Shown: positions 48,701-63,264, counted from the first letter of the stretch. The stretch is 64,000 bases of DNA from a virus (IMGVR_UViG_2687453424_000001), one strand, 5' to 3'. Notes: generated by a model not told the origin, from the sequence alone. A program made the numbers and translations.

Positions 48701-50827
48701 TTAAAGCAAAGTCTTAAGAGAAGTTTACATAGAGAAATGCTTTTTCTTTTGGATAAATATAGAATATGATAAAGCAGATCCATCAACTTTCCATTTGGAA
48801 ATTACGTAATGTTGCATACTCTATATTGACATTGAACCTTTACGAGATTTCCACACCGCCACAAGATACACTCGTATGAACATCTTAAATTTGATCCTGG
48901 AAATATTTATATAGATGCTAAAGGATGGTTGATATTTGCTTTTTATCCACAGTTTTGGAATCTCATTCCTGTGGTTAAGAGGGGGGCAGTACAAGATTCA
49001 AATCTCTCAAAGAATTTCGCACCAAAATTTGTCTCAGAAAAGCCCTGCACCTGCATATATCCCTTTCACAGCTTATTGATTATAGTTAGATTCAATATTA
49101 GTTCCTATTTCTTGTTCACATAACTTGACGACTTGATTATATGATCTTTTGATATCAATTATCATATAACAATATATGTTACGTAAATAGAAAATAAATA
49201 CAACTGTTGAAATGTCATCTTGTATAAAGCCGAATTGTCCTTTTCTTGCGTGTCTGTTTTAAGCTTACAAGAAAATTGGAACCCAAAGAGTAAATTAGTA
49301 ATTCAGTTCTGAAAATGAACATGGAGTACACACGTGCCACTAGTGTTGAGACAATTTGCAACAATTCAAAGGGCAAACCGGCGACCATCTCCGGGGGCAG
49401 GTGATCCAACTTTGACAGAAACATTGCCAAACGTAAAGAGATAAAAAGGAGAACTGAAGAGAAGGAAAGGTCATCCCCCCACGAAACAAACTGTCTTTCG
49501 CTTCAAAAAAGCAAGAGAGAGAAATCCAGGAGACGGTCAACGGGAACGAATTTTACTACCTCCACCAGCCAATGGGAATTGGCAAAATTTAAAGTTGGTC
49601 AAGGTCTCAACAATGACTCACCCTTTCTCTATCCACTTCTGCCACCCTCTCCGGTTCGTCCGGCGACAAACCGTAGCACGGTTCCACGTGTGTTTGCTTC
49701 AGGAGGAAATCAACATCAATTAGAAAATGGGAATTTTTTTTCGGCCCTTTTCCACTCTATGCCTTCACGATTACATCAGAGTCTTTTCGCAATGTAATTT
49801 GGGTTTTGTCAAAACACACAGTGTTAGCCTTCAAAAGCCATTCTTCTTTACTTAAATGCTTGATTGATTTAATTTTCCAGAAAATAAAAATAAAATTTTT
49901 AATTACAATTATTTTATATTAATTTTTGAAAAAAATTATAATATAAATACTCAATACTCTTTTATATGAAAAATAAATCTATTTAGACCGGTTGGGTTGC
50001 GATGACCTTGAATTAGTACTCCCTGAACATTTTTAATCATACAGGGAGTACGGAAAAATAAATATACTGATTAGTTTGATCCTAGTTACAATTAGAATTG
50101 ACAAGTTTATGTTCATATACACAAACAATTGCCGGAAAGGATTGTTCTGCTCATACTTAATTATCGAGAAAAATTAATGGCCTTCCCCCTAAATTTATGT
50201 ACACCAATAAATAGTATCAAAATTGGGTAAAATTAAAAAAAATTCAAAACACTAAAAATAACACTTTAATCCCTTTTATTTTAAAATAATATTTTGTCTT
50301 TGACGTTTAACATGATTAGTAAATAATCAAAAAAATTAAACGGAATACTATATAAATATTTTAAGATACAAATTATCTTAAAGTGTCTTTTTGAAATGTT
50401 TCAAAAAAATTCAATTTCGATCACTTTACATAATCAATTTTAATAAAAAAAACTCATAATAAGCATAGAAAAATAAAAAACAAAATATATCCAAACTCGT
50501 TGAATATTAAGATACAAAGTGATGACGTAGCATTTTTGCATTAAGAAATTTCATATTTTCAAAATTAAATATATAAATAAAAATTTCAAAATATTATAAA
50601 TCGAAATTTCCTATTAATGACAATTTGGTATCCTCAAAGCAATTGCTATTGAAACTTCATTTTTCCTTTGAAAAGTATGGTGCATACGATTTTGAGATAT
50701 CCTAAAGCTCAACTGCACACGCATACAAACTCGATCCAAACTCTTGGAAGGTAGAAGAAGGTGCCGGATTGCCAAATTCCACAGTTTTACTATTTTGCTA
50801 TAAACTTTGATTAATTGTAGGTCAAGT

Positions 50828-50852
50828 GAAAGAAAGAAAGAAAGAAAGAAAG
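50828..50852. repeat. (GAAA)n microsatellite
   Basis: Direct reading: gaaagaaagaaagaaagaaagaaag. Confidence 0.9.
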
Positions 50853-52325
50853 GAGAAAGGAAGCATGAAAGGAAGATGAGAATAGAAAATCAGCCGTTTA
50901 GATAAAGATGAACATTAGGTTTGATTTTATCCATTCAATTGATTTTATTTTAAATTTTGAAAAATTGTATCAATCGAATTTTCACAAAATAAAATCAAAA
51001 TCTCTTGAATTATAATAAAAAATAAAAATTTTCATGAAATTTTTTTAAAAAATAATTGATTATTTTCATTTCTATAAATTAATTTAAAAATGAAAATAAA
51101 AATATCTTTCTCTTTTTCCACCTTAAAATCTGGGTGCTACATATATAGTAATGATTACCGTGGCCACCCTTTGCATTTCCTTCCCATAAACAAAATTGAT
51201 CATGTTCATATTACCATGATTATCCCCCAAAAATTTAAAAAAGGAAAAAATAAAGGAAGAAAGGTAATGGGTCAAAATGTCAAATACTTGGGAAAGGGGA
51301 CTAGAGACTAAGGAATAGGTCATGGGTTCATAGGTGTGAACCATAGGTCAGTGGGTCCCTTCATTCTTTTTCCATCATTAAATATGTGCATGCATGCCAC
51401 GTGGATGGTGATCGGAGGAGTCTACACGTGGGACATGACTGAATAACGCGTAGATGATGATCATTCAAAAGGACCAAAAAAAAAAAAAGAAGAAGAATGA
51501 ACGGCTTAAAGCTAAAAATATTTTAATTAAAATCATAAAAAATAAAGTAAAAAATATAAATATAACTTTTTTTTTATCTTTTTCACTTTTAGATTTTTTG
51601 CAATCCATGCAAAAATAAAAAAGCATTACCGCCTCCACGTACAGTCTTGGAAAGCCGTTCTTGTCACCTTCACACGGGTTCAAAAGAGAATAGACCACAA
51701 AGTTGACAATATGTTAATAATAAATAAATAAATAATATAGTAAAAAATTTCACCTACAAATTTTCCCCGTAATTTTAATATTTTTCACGTAATATTCTAC
51801 GTTTTCAATAAAATAAAAATTTTATTTGATAAAATTATTATGTAAACGTAAATTTTATTTTAAAAAGATTAAGAAAAAAAGAGAAATGAATAAGCTTGTG
51901 ATGCAAGTAATGTATGACTGGTTGCAGGGGAATAAAGCACCCACCACCAGGAAGACATGGTCGTCCGTCAGCGTGACGCCACGTGAACGCAATGGGAACA
52001 AAATGGTCCGAGATGGGGACAAAAAAAAATTAAAAAAAAAAGGGAACAGGAGAGAGAGAGTTTCCGCGTAGACAGATAGAGACCGAGGGAGGGGCGAGGT
52101 AGGGGAAGAAAAGAGAAAAGAGAATGAGAGGAAAGAAAAGCTTTCCTTGGTTTCGTTTTCTTACATCTGAACGAATAATAAAAACGCTCGCTTTGACACC
52201 TAAGCTTAAGCAAATCTATCTTTCTTCCAATCCCTTTATATTTTTTTTCTTTTTCTTTTTGAGGTTTCTTGAAGGGATTCTTGTGTTTGATCTTCTTGAG
52301 GGTTCACACTTGTTGTTCACACCTT

Positions 52326-52340
52326 CTCCATATAAATCTC
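52326..52340 (+). promoter_or_regulatory. candidate TATA box for the trihelix gene
   Basis: ctccatataaatctc lies about 150 bp upstream of the ATG at 52487. CACGTG G-box-like cores occur further upstream, around 51400 and 51985. Position-based inference only. Confidence 0.3.
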
Positions 52341-52486
52341 TGCTGGTATTTCTCTCTCCATCTTTTCTTCTTTTCTTTTCTCTTATTTTTTTTTTGGCTG
52401 TTTGAATGATAATCTTTTTGGTGGGTGCAAAAGGGAAGTCTCGGAAATCCTGTTTGCTTTGTCTGATTTGCTTGTGGTAGTTGGTC

Positions 52487-52750
52487 ATGGAGGGACGCCA
52501 TCACCATCCCCATCCACCTCAGCAACAGACTATGGGTGTTAACGTCGATGTTGATAGATTTCCTCAATGGAGTATTCAGGAGACGAAGGAGTTCCTGATG
52601 ATCAGAGCAGAGCTGGATCGGAGTTTCATGGAGACCAAGAGGAACAAGATGCTTTGGGAAGTTATCTCTACAAGGATGAGGGAAAAGGGTTATAATCGCA
52701 GCGCTGAACAGTGCAAGTGCAAGTGGAAAAACCTCGTTACTAGATATAAG
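52487..52750 (+). CDS. trihelix transcription factor, GT-3a/GT-3b-like; exon 1 of 2
   Basis: Translation MEGRHHHPHPPQQQTMGVNVDVDRFPQWSIQETKEFLMIRAELDRSFMETKRNKMLWEVISTRMREKGYNRSAEQCKCKWKNLVTRYK, a trihelix/Myb-SANT-like DNA-binding domain that matches Arabidopsis GT-3a (...IPQWSIEETKELLAIREELDQTFMETKRNKLLWEVV...SAEQCKSKWKNLVTRYK) as I recall it. This is the first ATG after an in-frame TAG. Donor AAG|gtaatc at 52750/52751. Confidence 0.85.
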
Positions 52751-52921
52751 GTAATCTAATATTCGAATTTTCCTTTTACCCTTTTTAGACGCAACGAATT
52801 ACGTTTCCAGGTAGCTTGTTTCTATTTTTGTTTAGCTAAAATAAATATGTATAACGAAAACCCTATTATCTATATATCACTGACATGGCAAGTGTTTATT
52901 TAATTGCCTGGTGATGTTCAG

Positions 52922-53458
52922 GGGTGTGAAACCATGGAAGCAGACGCCATGCGACAACAATTCCCATTTTACAATGAGTTGCAGGCCATATTCTCGTCAA
53001 GGATGCAAAGTATTCTATGGACCGATGAAGGAGGAGTGACCGGGTCGAAGAAGAAGGCAGTGCAGCTATCTTCAGAAGAGGATGAAGATATGGAGGAAAG
53101 CGAGTTAGATAAGGGTAGTGGCATTAGGAAGAAGAAAAAGGGGAAAACGGGTATTGGTGGGGGTGCAAGCGGAAGCAGCAATAATATAAAGGAGATTTTA
53201 GAGGATTTCATGAGGCAACAGATGCAGATGGAAATGCAATGGAGAGAAGCGTTCGAGGCAAGGGAAAACGAAAGGCGGTTGAAAGAGATGGAGTGGAGAC
53301 AGACCATGCAAGCGTTGGAGAATGAAAGGATAATGATGGATAGAAGATGGAGAGAAAAGGAAGAGCAAAGAAGAGTGAGGGAAGAAGCTAGGGCTGAGAA
53401 GAGAGACGCTCTCATCACAGCACTATTAAACAAGCTCAGAAGAGAAGAACACATGTAG
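52922..53458 (+). CDS. trihelix transcription factor, GT-3a/GT-3b-like; exon 2 of 2 (includes stop)
   Basis: Acceptor gatgttcag|GGGTGT. Translation GCETMEADAMRQQFPFYNELQAIFSSRMQ...IKEILEDFMRQQMQMEMQWREAFEARENERRLKEMEWRQTMQALENERIMMDRRWREKEEQRRVREEARAEKRDALITALLNKLRREEHM*. This is the conserved QQFPFYNE motif followed by a charged coiled-coil-like tail, as in GT-3. TAG stop at 53456-53458. Confidence 0.85.
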   Translation, partial: GCETMEADAMRQQFPFYNELQAIFSSRMQSILWTDEGGVTGSKKKAVQLSSEEDEDMEESELDKGSGIRKKKKGKTGIGGGASGSSNNIKEILEDFMRQQMQMEMQWREAFEARENERRLKEMEWRQTMQALENERIMMDRRWREKEEQRRVREEARAEKRDALITALLNKLRREEHM

Positions 53459-56400
53459 TACTAGTACTCCTCATCAAGTCAGCTTCTGAATCAGGTCACT
53501 TGTTTATTTTTCTTGTTTTTTTTGGAGAAGAGGAAGCTTTTCTGAGAGGTTTGTCCTGGAACTCTCATTCTGAGATCGATGTTTATTTTTTTAGTTCTAT
53601 GGATTTCCCTCCTCCTGTTTTGCCCACCGAGGCTTTCTTTTAGCTAGTAAAAGAATATAGAGCTTCCATTTTCCTTAGTTTTATATTGTTATTTTCTTCT
53701 TCAAGCCATCCTGTTATCATTGAGAGGTGACCATGAAGGCGCATTTCAAAAGCATCATGAATAAAAAGCTCCAAGCTCTCTAGATATCTCGGTGGTAGTT
53801 AAAAGAAACCAACCTACACAGCAAATGATCCACAAACGATAGTGTTCGAGATAATGGCTAAGGAAAGTAAATATTCTATGGAACATCAAATAGATTCATA
53901 GTGGACACTGCTGAAAATGGTCCATTCTTGCTAATTGCCTCTCAACTTCTCCAATGTTCCGTACCTTTCACTTACCTATACATACACCAATCTCTTCATA
54001 AATGTCCCTGGTCTGCATGTCTACCAGTGCCACTCCAGCTTGTGTCGTGCTTTCCCTTGACATTCATCAACCCATTTGTGGGAGCTTCCAATCCCACAAA
54101 TTTAAACCCCAAAGTTGTTAACAGCTAGCTTAGCTTTTTTACAATAACAATTTGGGTTTTTTCGTTACAATATCATCAGTATTTTCTTGCTTGACAAAAT
54201 CGACCAGAACAGGCTGACCAAGAGTGATGGCTGTCAAAACATGTGCTTGACTTTCTAGGATTATTACATCCTTGTGTTTGTTTCTACATTCTTCTGATGA
54301 GGTAGGGTAAAACTAGTGAGTTCAATGAGTGATAAAGAAGGTTACCATATGGGAGCCATACTCACAAAAATGATGCCCCTCCACGCAAAACTATAACAGG
54401 AAAACATGTCAAATTAGGGAGATTTAGATGAAAGGGTTCTATCTTGATAGAGAGTAGAGCTGAAATGGGTCTAGCGGATTTATAACATGTTGAAGCTCAG
54501 CTTCTTTGCTTTTGTTAATTTTTAGTACTAATAATCATTTGATTTTGTGCTTCAAATCACAAATAAAAAAATCATATAGTATACATTAATTATTATTTAT
54601 TTATATGTTCATACTGAAGCCAGTCGTTATCTCATTTACTATTGCATTTGTCTCATTGTAAGATGAGTTTGAGTGGCTTGCAATGCAAGTTTTCCTGGAT
54701 CATGTTTGTCACTGTGAGAATAATTCAAGACCAATTATTTCTTATACTCTTATAAATTATTTGATGTGAACCTAAAACCAACTTTAAGCTTTACTTTATA
54801 TATATGAATATGAATTAGGCATATTTCGTTTGCATTCAATCAAGGTGTTTTAAGGTATGCATGCACTAAAATCAGACCAATACTTACTTAAAATTAAGGG
54901 AAAAAAAACCTTAGAATATACATTAATGGACTTCCTTTCTAAAAGCTCTTTCATTTCACTTTATGAATTCGAAAGTTAATATTAAAATGAGATGAGGATC
55001 TTATTATAATAATTAACTTTAAGATTTCACTTTTTCAAGGTGTTTAAGTATATTTTGTGTTAGTTGGTAAGATCATGATAGCAAATGTATCAGTATGTGG
55101 GGTTGATTTCTAGGGTTATATATGTAGCTGACATTCTGTGTCTAGCTAGCACCTTCAAACATGAAAAAAGAAAGAGAGAAAAGAAAAGAAAATTCAATCC
55201 AAAAAAAAGAAAGAAAATAAAATAGCATCATGGGCCATTATGAACAAGAATTTTCTACCGTATAGTCTTTTTGTTTTTGTTGATGAAGACAGTGAATTAT
55301 TGTTAGACCCTCATGATTTGTATTTTTCAACTGGTGTATCAATTCAGTGAAAGTAGTGGAAGGTAGCTAGCTTGTTAGAGCTGACTCAAGGTTCTATCAT
55401 GTACCAAAAGACTGATATTCATGCTCAAAATGATGTTTTGCAAAATGTACGAGAAATTATCTAAAAAGGTTTGTCCAATCAAAAATAAGAATAATTTGTT
55501 TTCTTATACTTTGTTTGAGATAATGGTTCATTACATGTAAGTTGTCTAAATATAGACTTTTTGAGTATTGTTTCTTGTCACAATGACAAGTTAAGGACTC
55601 ATAAACTGTTTACTTTTACCATCTTGTTTACTTTATATGATTTGTACGTGGTCTCTTCTTAAAAGGCAAATAAAAAGTCTCGTATTTAAATTTAAATATG
55701 TGAAGAATATGAACTCGAGCAAAGAAAACTACAGAATAAGAAGAAATTTAACTTTGATTTGTGGATTATATCTGAAATTGATGTATGTTATGCTAGTAGT
55801 ACTCGTTTGAATGCAGCAGACTTTGAAGAATTTCTACCATATGAAAAAGTGTGAAAGCAAGCAATGAGTCTTCATGCGGTTGGAATACAAATTGGTATGC
55901 TTGAGTTTGCTTTTCACATCTCTCAGCAATCAGTCTTCATGTGATTACATTTGCAAGTGATGATTCAAGTAATTAATGTCATGCTGACTCTAAGCTTTCT
56001 TGAGTTATGGCTTTTTGTCAAACATTCTTTGCAAAGGTTCTGTGCTAGCATTCATTGCTGCATCTTTGCAAATCCCCTTATGTATGAACACTAATGATTT
56101 TGCCCTTTATTGTCTCTTGATCTTTTGCAACTGACTTGATATCATTTCATTCTTTTCCAGTTTACACTTTTACCTTATACCGTATTTATATATAGACAGT
56201 ATCCTTAGCAAGTTCATCAATCAATTCATTTACAGCCTAAAACTGTTCAATTGAGATTTAAAAGGTTCAGGATAGAATTTTTCGACCATTACCCATTACC
56301 CTCCTCGCCATTGACTCTATTTTTCTGTCTGCAAAAAATATGAACTGGTTCCATTTTTGTATGATTGCAAAGGAAACTATTTTCTCCACTATAGCTTTTT

Positions 56401-57234
56401 CATCATCACAGCCAGATATATACCTTGTTTAGGACAACCAACGGCAAATAATTGTACTGCTTGTTTGACTGTATGTATCTTCTCTTTGGTTTGATTTTCA
56501 AAATGGGATTTCACCTATATCATTGCTGGTTGTCATGTATTGGAGACCACCACAGTTACAGAAAATTTCACCGCGTTAATCCAGTCAACAGCTAGCTTGA
56601 GAGACATATCCTGAAACATGCAGACAACAAGGTGTCCAAATTTGCTGGACAGCTAACGTTGTAACCGTGTTTTTCTCTGGCAGGAGAGGCAAGAGATGAT
56701 AGTTATAAAATTCACCGACGTATATCTGTATGGTGTCTTGTGCCAGGATTTACCAGTAGAAAAACTTTGCAAATAGTAGCTGCCATTTCCCAATCAGGTT
56801 CAGATTGCCATTTCTACCAGATTCAGGCTTGTCAATTTGCCTGAGCAAATGCATAGGAAAAGTTCAGTCGATCCGAACCTATAATAAATATATACGTATA
56901 TTTCAGGATTTAGTTATCACCAACTTCTGCTGGTTTTCCATACCATGTTTCATTATTCTTGGAATGTTTTTATTTGCATATGCAAGAAAGTCAAAGCCAG
57001 CTAAATCTATACGGACTGTGTTGCATTTTAATTAATTACCATGTGAACCAAGAACCCACAATGCAACACTTTCTCTGACCAGACAAAACTACAGTTTTGG
57101 AGATCACGGTTGTAGTAGAAAACAAATTCAATAAAGTATAAGCTTGGTTAATTAATTAATTAATCTTTAACTATCACACTTCCTCACTCGTGTTCCATAC
57201 TACTTCAAAGGAAACCAATAAAAAAATATAATAA

Positions 57235-60200
57235 NNNNNNNNNNNNNNNNNNNNNNNNNNNNNNNNNNNNNNNNNNNNNNNNNNNNNNNNNNNNNNNNNN
57301 NNNNNNNNNNNNNNNNNNNNNNNNNNNNNNNNNNNNNNNNNNNNNNNNNNNNNNNNNNNNNNNNNNNNNNNNNNNNNNNNNNNNNNNNNNNNNNNNNNNN
57401 NNNNNNNNNNNNNNNNNNNNNNNNNNNNNNNNNNNNNNNNNNNNNNNNNNNNNNNNNNNNNNNNNNNNNNNNNNNNNNNNNNNNNNNNNNNNNNNNNNNN
57501 NNNNNNNNNNNNNNNNNNNNNNNNNNNNNNNNNNNNNNNNNNNNNNNNNNNNNNNNNNNNNNNNNNNNNNNNNNNNNNNNNNNNNNNNNNNNNNNNNNNN
57601 NNNNNNNNNNNNNNNNNNNNNNNNNNNNNNNNNNNNNNNNNNNNNNNNNNNNNNNNNNNNNNNNNNNNNNNNNNNNNNNNNNNNNNNNNNNNNNNNNNNN
57701 NNNNNNNNNNNNNNNNNNNNNNNNNNNNNNNNNNNNNNNNNNNNNNNNNNNNNNNNNNNNNNNNNNNNNNNNNNNNNNNNNNNNNNNNNNNNNNNNNNNN
57801 NNNNNNNNNNNNNNNNNNNNNNNNNNNNNNNNNNNNNNNNNNNNNNNNNNNNNNNNNNNNNNNNNNNNNNNNNNNNNNNNNNNNNNNNNNNNNNNNNNNN
57901 NNNNNNNNNNNNNNNNNNNNNNNNNNNNNNNNNNNNNNNNNNNNNNNNNNNNNNNNNNNNNNNNNNNNNNNNNNNNNNNNNNNNNNNNNNNNNNNNNNNN
58001 NNNNNNNNNNNNNNNNNNNNNNNNNNNNNNNNNNNNNNNNNNNNNNNNNNNNNNNNNNNNNNNNNNNNNNNNNNNNNNNNNNNNNNNNNNNNNNNNNNNN
58101 NNNNNNNNNNNNNNNNNNNNNNNNNNNNNNNNNNNNNNNNNNNNNNNNNNNNNNNNNNNNNNNNNNNNNNNNNNNNNNNNNNNNNNNNNNNNNNNNNNNN
58201 NNNNNNNNNNNNNNNNNNNNNNNNNNNNNNNNNNNNNNNNNNNNNNNNNNNNNNNNNNNNNNNNNNNNNNNNNNNNNNNNNNNNNNNNNNNNNNNNNNNN
58301 NNNNNNNNNNNNNNNNNNNNNNNNNNNNNNNNNNNNNNNNNNNNNNNNNNNNNNNNNNNNNNNNNNNNNNNNNNNNNNNNNNNNNNNNNNNNNNNNNNNN
58401 NNNNNNNNNNNNNNNNNNNNNNNNNNNNNNNNNNNNNNNNNNNNNNNNNNNNNNNNNNNNNNNNNNNNNNNNNNNNNNNNNNNNNNNNNNNNNNNNNNNN
58501 NNNNNNNNNNNNNNNNNNNNNNNNNNNNNNNNNNNNNNNNNNNNNNNNNNNNNNNNNNNNNNNNNNNNNNNNNNNNNNNNNNNNNNNNNNNNNNNNNNNN
58601 NNNNNNNNNNNNNNNNNNNNNNNNNNNNNNNNNNNNNNNNNNNNNNNNNNNNNNNNNNNNNNNNNNNNNNNNNNNNNNNNNNNNNNNNNNNNNNNNNNNN
58701 NNNNNNNNNNNNNNNNNNNNNNNNNNNNNNNNNNNNNNNNNNNNNNNNNNNNNNNNNNNNNNNNNNNNNNNNNNNNNNNNNNNNNNNNNNNNNNNNNNNN
58801 NNNNNNNNNNNNNNNNNNNNNNNNNNNNNNNNNNNNNNNNNNNNNNNNNNNNNNNNNNNNNNNNNNNNNNNNNNNNNNNNNNNNNNNNNNNNNNNNNNNN
58901 NNNNNNNNNNNNNNNNNNNNNNNNNNNNNNNNNNNNNNNNNNNNNNNNNNNNNNNNNNNNNNNNNNNNNNNNNNNNNNNNNNNNNNNNNNNNNNNNNNNN
59001 NNNNNNNNNNNNNNNNNNNNNNNNNNNNNNNNNNNNNNNNNNNNNNNNNNNNNNNNNNNNNNNNNNNNNNNNNNNNNNNNNNNNNNNNNNNNNNNNNNNN
59101 NNNNNNNNNNNNNNNNNNNNNNNNNNNNNNNNNNNNNNNNNNNNNNNNNNNNNNNNNNNNNNNNNNNNNNNNNNNNNNNNNNNNNNNNNNNNNNNNNNNN
59201 NNNNNNNNNNNNNNNNNNNNNNNNNNNNNNNNNNNNNNNNNNNNNNNNNNNNNNNNNNNNNNNNNNNNNNNNNNNNNNNNNNNNNNNNNNNNNNNNNNNN
59301 NNNNNNNNNNNNNNNNNNNNNNNNNNNNNNNNNNNNNNNNNNNNNNNNNNNNNNNNNNNNNNNNNNNNNNNNNNNNNNNNNNNNNNNNNNNNNNNNNNNN
59401 NNNNNNNNNNNNNNNNNNNNNNNNNNNNNNNNNNNNNNNNNNNNNNNNNNNNNNNNNNNNNNNNNNNNNNNNNNNNNNNNNNNNNNNNNNNNNNNNNNNN
59501 NNNNNNNNNNNNNNNNNNNNNNNNNNNNNNNNNNNNNNNNNNNNNNNNNNNNNNNNNNNNNNNNNNNNNNNNNNNNNNNNNNNNNNNNNNNNNNNNNNNN
59601 NNNNNNNNNNNNNNNNNNNNNNNNNNNNNNNNNNNNNNNNNNNNNNNNNNNNNNNNNNNNNNNNNNNNNNNNNNNNNNNNNNNNNNNNNNNNNNNNNNNN
59701 NNNNNNNNNNNNNNNNNNNNNNNNNNNNNNNNNNNNNNNNNNNNNNNNNNNNNNNNNNNNNNNNNNNNNNNNNNNNNNNNNNNNNNNNNNNNNNNNNNNN
59801 NNNNNNNNNNNNNNNNNNNNNNNNNNNNNNNNNNNNNNNNNNNNNNNNNNNNNNNNNNNNNNNNNNNNNNNNNNNNNNNNNNNNNNNNNNNNNNNNNNNN
59901 NNNNNNNNNNNNNNNNNNNNNNNNNNNNNNNNNNNNNNNNNNNNNNNNNNNNNNNNNNNNNNNNNNNNNNNNNNNNNNNNNNNNNNNNNNNNNNNNNNNN
60001 NNNNNNNNNNNNNNNNNNNNNNNNNNNNNNNNNNNNNNNNNNNNNNNNNNNNNNNNNNNNNNNNNNNNNNNNNNNNNNNNNNNNNNNNNNNNNNNNNNNN
60101 NNNNNNNNNNNNNNNNNNNNNNNNNNNNNNNNNNNNNNNNNNNNNNNNNNNNNNNNNNNNNNNNNNNNNNNNNNNNNNNNNNNNNNNNNNNNNNNNNNNN

Positions 60201-62389
60201 NNNNNNNNNNNNNNNNNNNNNNNNNNNNNNNNNNNNNNNNNNNNNNNNNNNNNNNNNNNNNNNNNNNNNNNNNNNNNNNNNNNNNNNNNNNNNNNNNNNN
60301 NNNNNNNNNNNNNNNNNNNNNNNNNNNNNNNNNNNNNNNNNNNNNNNNNNNNNNNNNNNNNNNNNNNNNNNNNNNNNNNNNNNNNNNNNNNNNNNNNNNN
60401 NNNNNNNNNNNNNNNNNNNNNNNNNNNNNNNNNNNNNNNNNNNNNNNNNNNNNNNNNNNNNNNNNNNNNNNNNNNNNNNNNNNNNNNNNNNNNNNNNNNN
60501 NNNNNNNNNNNNNNNNNNNNNNNNNNNNNNNNNNNNNNNNNNNNNNNNNNNNNNNNNNNNNNNNNNNNNNNNNNNNNNNNNNNNNNNNNNNNNNNNNNNN
60601 NNNNNNNNNNNNNNNNNNNNNNNNNNNNNNNNNNNNNNNNNNNNNNNNNNNNNNNNNNNNNNNNNNNNNNNNNNNNNNNNNNNNNNNNNNNNNNNNNNNN
60701 NNNNNNNNNNNNNNNNNNNNNNNNNNNNNNNNNNNNNNNNNNNNNNNNNNNNNNNNNNNNNNNNNNNNNNNNNNNNNNNNNNNNNNNNNNNNNNNNNNNN
60801 NNNNNNNNNNNNNNNNNNNNNNNNNNNNNNNNNNNNNNNNNNNNNNNNNNNNNNNNNNNNNNNNNNNNNNNNNNNNNNNNNNNNNNNNNNNNNNNNNNNN
60901 NNNNNNNNNNNNNNNNNNNNNNNNNNNNNNNNNNNNNNNNNNNNNNNNNNNNNNNNNNNNNNNNNNNNNNNNNNNNNNNNNNNNNNNNNNNNNNNNNNNN
61001 NNNNNNNNNNNNNNNNNNNNNNNNNNNNNNNNNNNNNNNNNNNNNNNNNNNNNNNNNNNNNNNNNNNNNNNNNNNNNNNNNNNNNNNNNNNNNNNNNNNN
61101 NNNNNNNNNNNNNNNNNNNNNNNNNNNNNNNNNNNNNNNNNNNNNNNNNNNNNNNNNNNNNNNNNNNNNNNNNNNNNNNNNNNNNNNNNNNNNNNNNNNN
61201 NNNNNNNNNNNNNNNNNNNNNNNNNNNNNNNNNNNNNNNNNNNNNNNNNNNNNNNNNNNNNNNNNNNNNNNNNNNNNNNNNNNNNNNNNNNNNNNNNNNN
61301 NNNNNNNNNNNNNNNNNNNNNNNNNNNNNNNNNNNNNNNNNNNNNNNNNNNNNNNNNNNNNNNNNNNNNNNNNNNNNNNNNNNNNNNNNNNNNNNNNNNN
61401 NNNNNNNNNNNNNNNNNNNNNNNNNNNNNNNNNNNNNNNNNNNNNNNNNNNNNNNNNNNNNNNNNNNNNNNNNNNNNNNNNNNNNNNNNNNNNNNNNNNN
61501 NNNNNNNNNNNNNNNNNNNNNNNNNNNNNNNNNNNNNNNNNNNNNNNNNNNNNNNNNNNNNNNNNNNNNNNNNNNNNNNNNNNNNNNNNNNNNNNNNNNN
61601 NNNNNNNNNNNNNNNNNNNNNNNNNNNNNNNNNNNNNNNNNNNNNNNNNNNNNNNNNNNNNNNNNNNNNNNNNNNNNNNNNNNNNNNNNNNNNNNNNNNN
61701 NNNNNNNNNNNNNNNNNNNNNNNNNNNNNNNNNNNNNNNNNNNNNNNNNNNNNNNNNNNNNNNNNNNNNNNNNNNNNNNNNNNNNNNNNNNNNNNNNNNN
61801 NNNNNNNNNNNNNNNNNNNNNNNNNNNNNNNNNNNNNNNNNNNNNNNNNNNNNNNNNNNNNNNNNNNNNNNNNNNNNNNNNNNNNNNNNNNNNNNNNNNN
61901 NNNNNNNNNNNNNNNNNNNNNNNNNNNNNNNNNNNNNNNNNNNNNNNNNNNNNNNNNNNNNNNNNNNNNNNNNNNNNNNNNNNNNNNNNNNNNNNNNNNN
62001 NNNNNNNNNNNNNNNNNNNNNNNNNNNNNNNNNNNNNNNNNNNNNNNNNNNNNNNNNNNNNNNNNNNNNNNNNNNNNNNNNNNNNNNNNNNNNNNNNNNN
62101 NNNNNNNNNNNNNNNNNNNNNNNNNNNNNNNNNNNNNNNNNNNNNNNNNNNNNNNNNNNNNNNNNNNNNNNNNNNNNNNNNNNNNNNNNNNNNNNNNNNN
62201 NNNNNNNNNNNNNNNNNNNNNNNNNNNNNNNNNNNNNNNNNNNNNNNNNNNNNNNNNNNNNNNNNNNNNNNNNNNNNNNNNNNNNNNNNNNNNNNNNNNN
62301 NNNNNNNNNNNNNNNNNNNNNNNNNNNNNNNNNNNNNNNNNNNNNNNNNNNNNNNNNNNNNNNNNNNNNNNNNNNNNNNNNNNNNNNNN
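57235..62389. other. assembly gap (N run, 5155 bp)
   Basis: Uninterrupted N. Confidence 1.
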
Positions 62390-63264
62390 AACAAAATTTT
62401 TAAAAAAAGAGCTTAAAAAAAATCTACAAATAGAAGCTTTTTCTTCTCTTCTTTTAAAAATATAAAAGAATTTTTATGTTTGTTTCAAAAATATCCTCAT
62501 TTATTAAAAATAATTACAATATTACATTTTAAAAAAATACCTTCTATGATAATTTTAACAAAAATATAACTTATAACAAAAACTTATAAAAAGAAATTTA
62601 CCAAACAACTTTAGTTTAATTTTAAAAGCTATTATTTTTCATAAGAGCTTCATAATAACTTTTAAGTTAGAAAAAAACCAGGCTAAACAAACTCTAAAGC
62701 AATTTACTTTGTATTATAACTTTATTAATTAATTACATTGTTAATTTTTTTAAAAATAATATTTTAAAAAAATACACAATTTTATTGTTAGGTGTCAAAG
62801 CTCAGATTGAATGAGATTTATAATACACTAGAATGAAAAAAAAAAAAACCCCAAACATATCCCACGCCCAAAATTGAAGATACTTGTACTACTAATAAAA
62901 TAAATTTGAAATAAAATTAATGGTTAAAGATTTAAAATTCATTTTATTGTATATTAAAATTAGGAATAATCTATTGTATCATGCTAACTGACATGATTAT
63001 TACTTGGTATACCAAGGTCCCAAAAGCCCGAAAATTTAACTAAGAGCCATTAAATTTATAAAGGGTGAGCAGTTGGCGGATTGTTATGCTACCTCACTAG
63101 TAAAGGTTTGTTTGTAACAAATCATTTAGAGTTGCCCCTATGACCTGATAATAACATGTCTTAGTTCCTTTATAATTAAAAATGTAACCCTCTCTGAACT
63201 TGTTAATCATTGCACAAAAAGTAAAAATGTAACCGTCTTTGAACTTGTTAACCCTTGCTTCTAT

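Noticed and set aside
52969-53454. Minus-strand 161-aa ORF overlapping trihelix exon 2.
   Set aside because: It is antisense to a homology-supported exon, and its low-complexity Ser/Leu-rich translation is typical of the reverse strand of a Glu/Arg/Lys-rich coding region.
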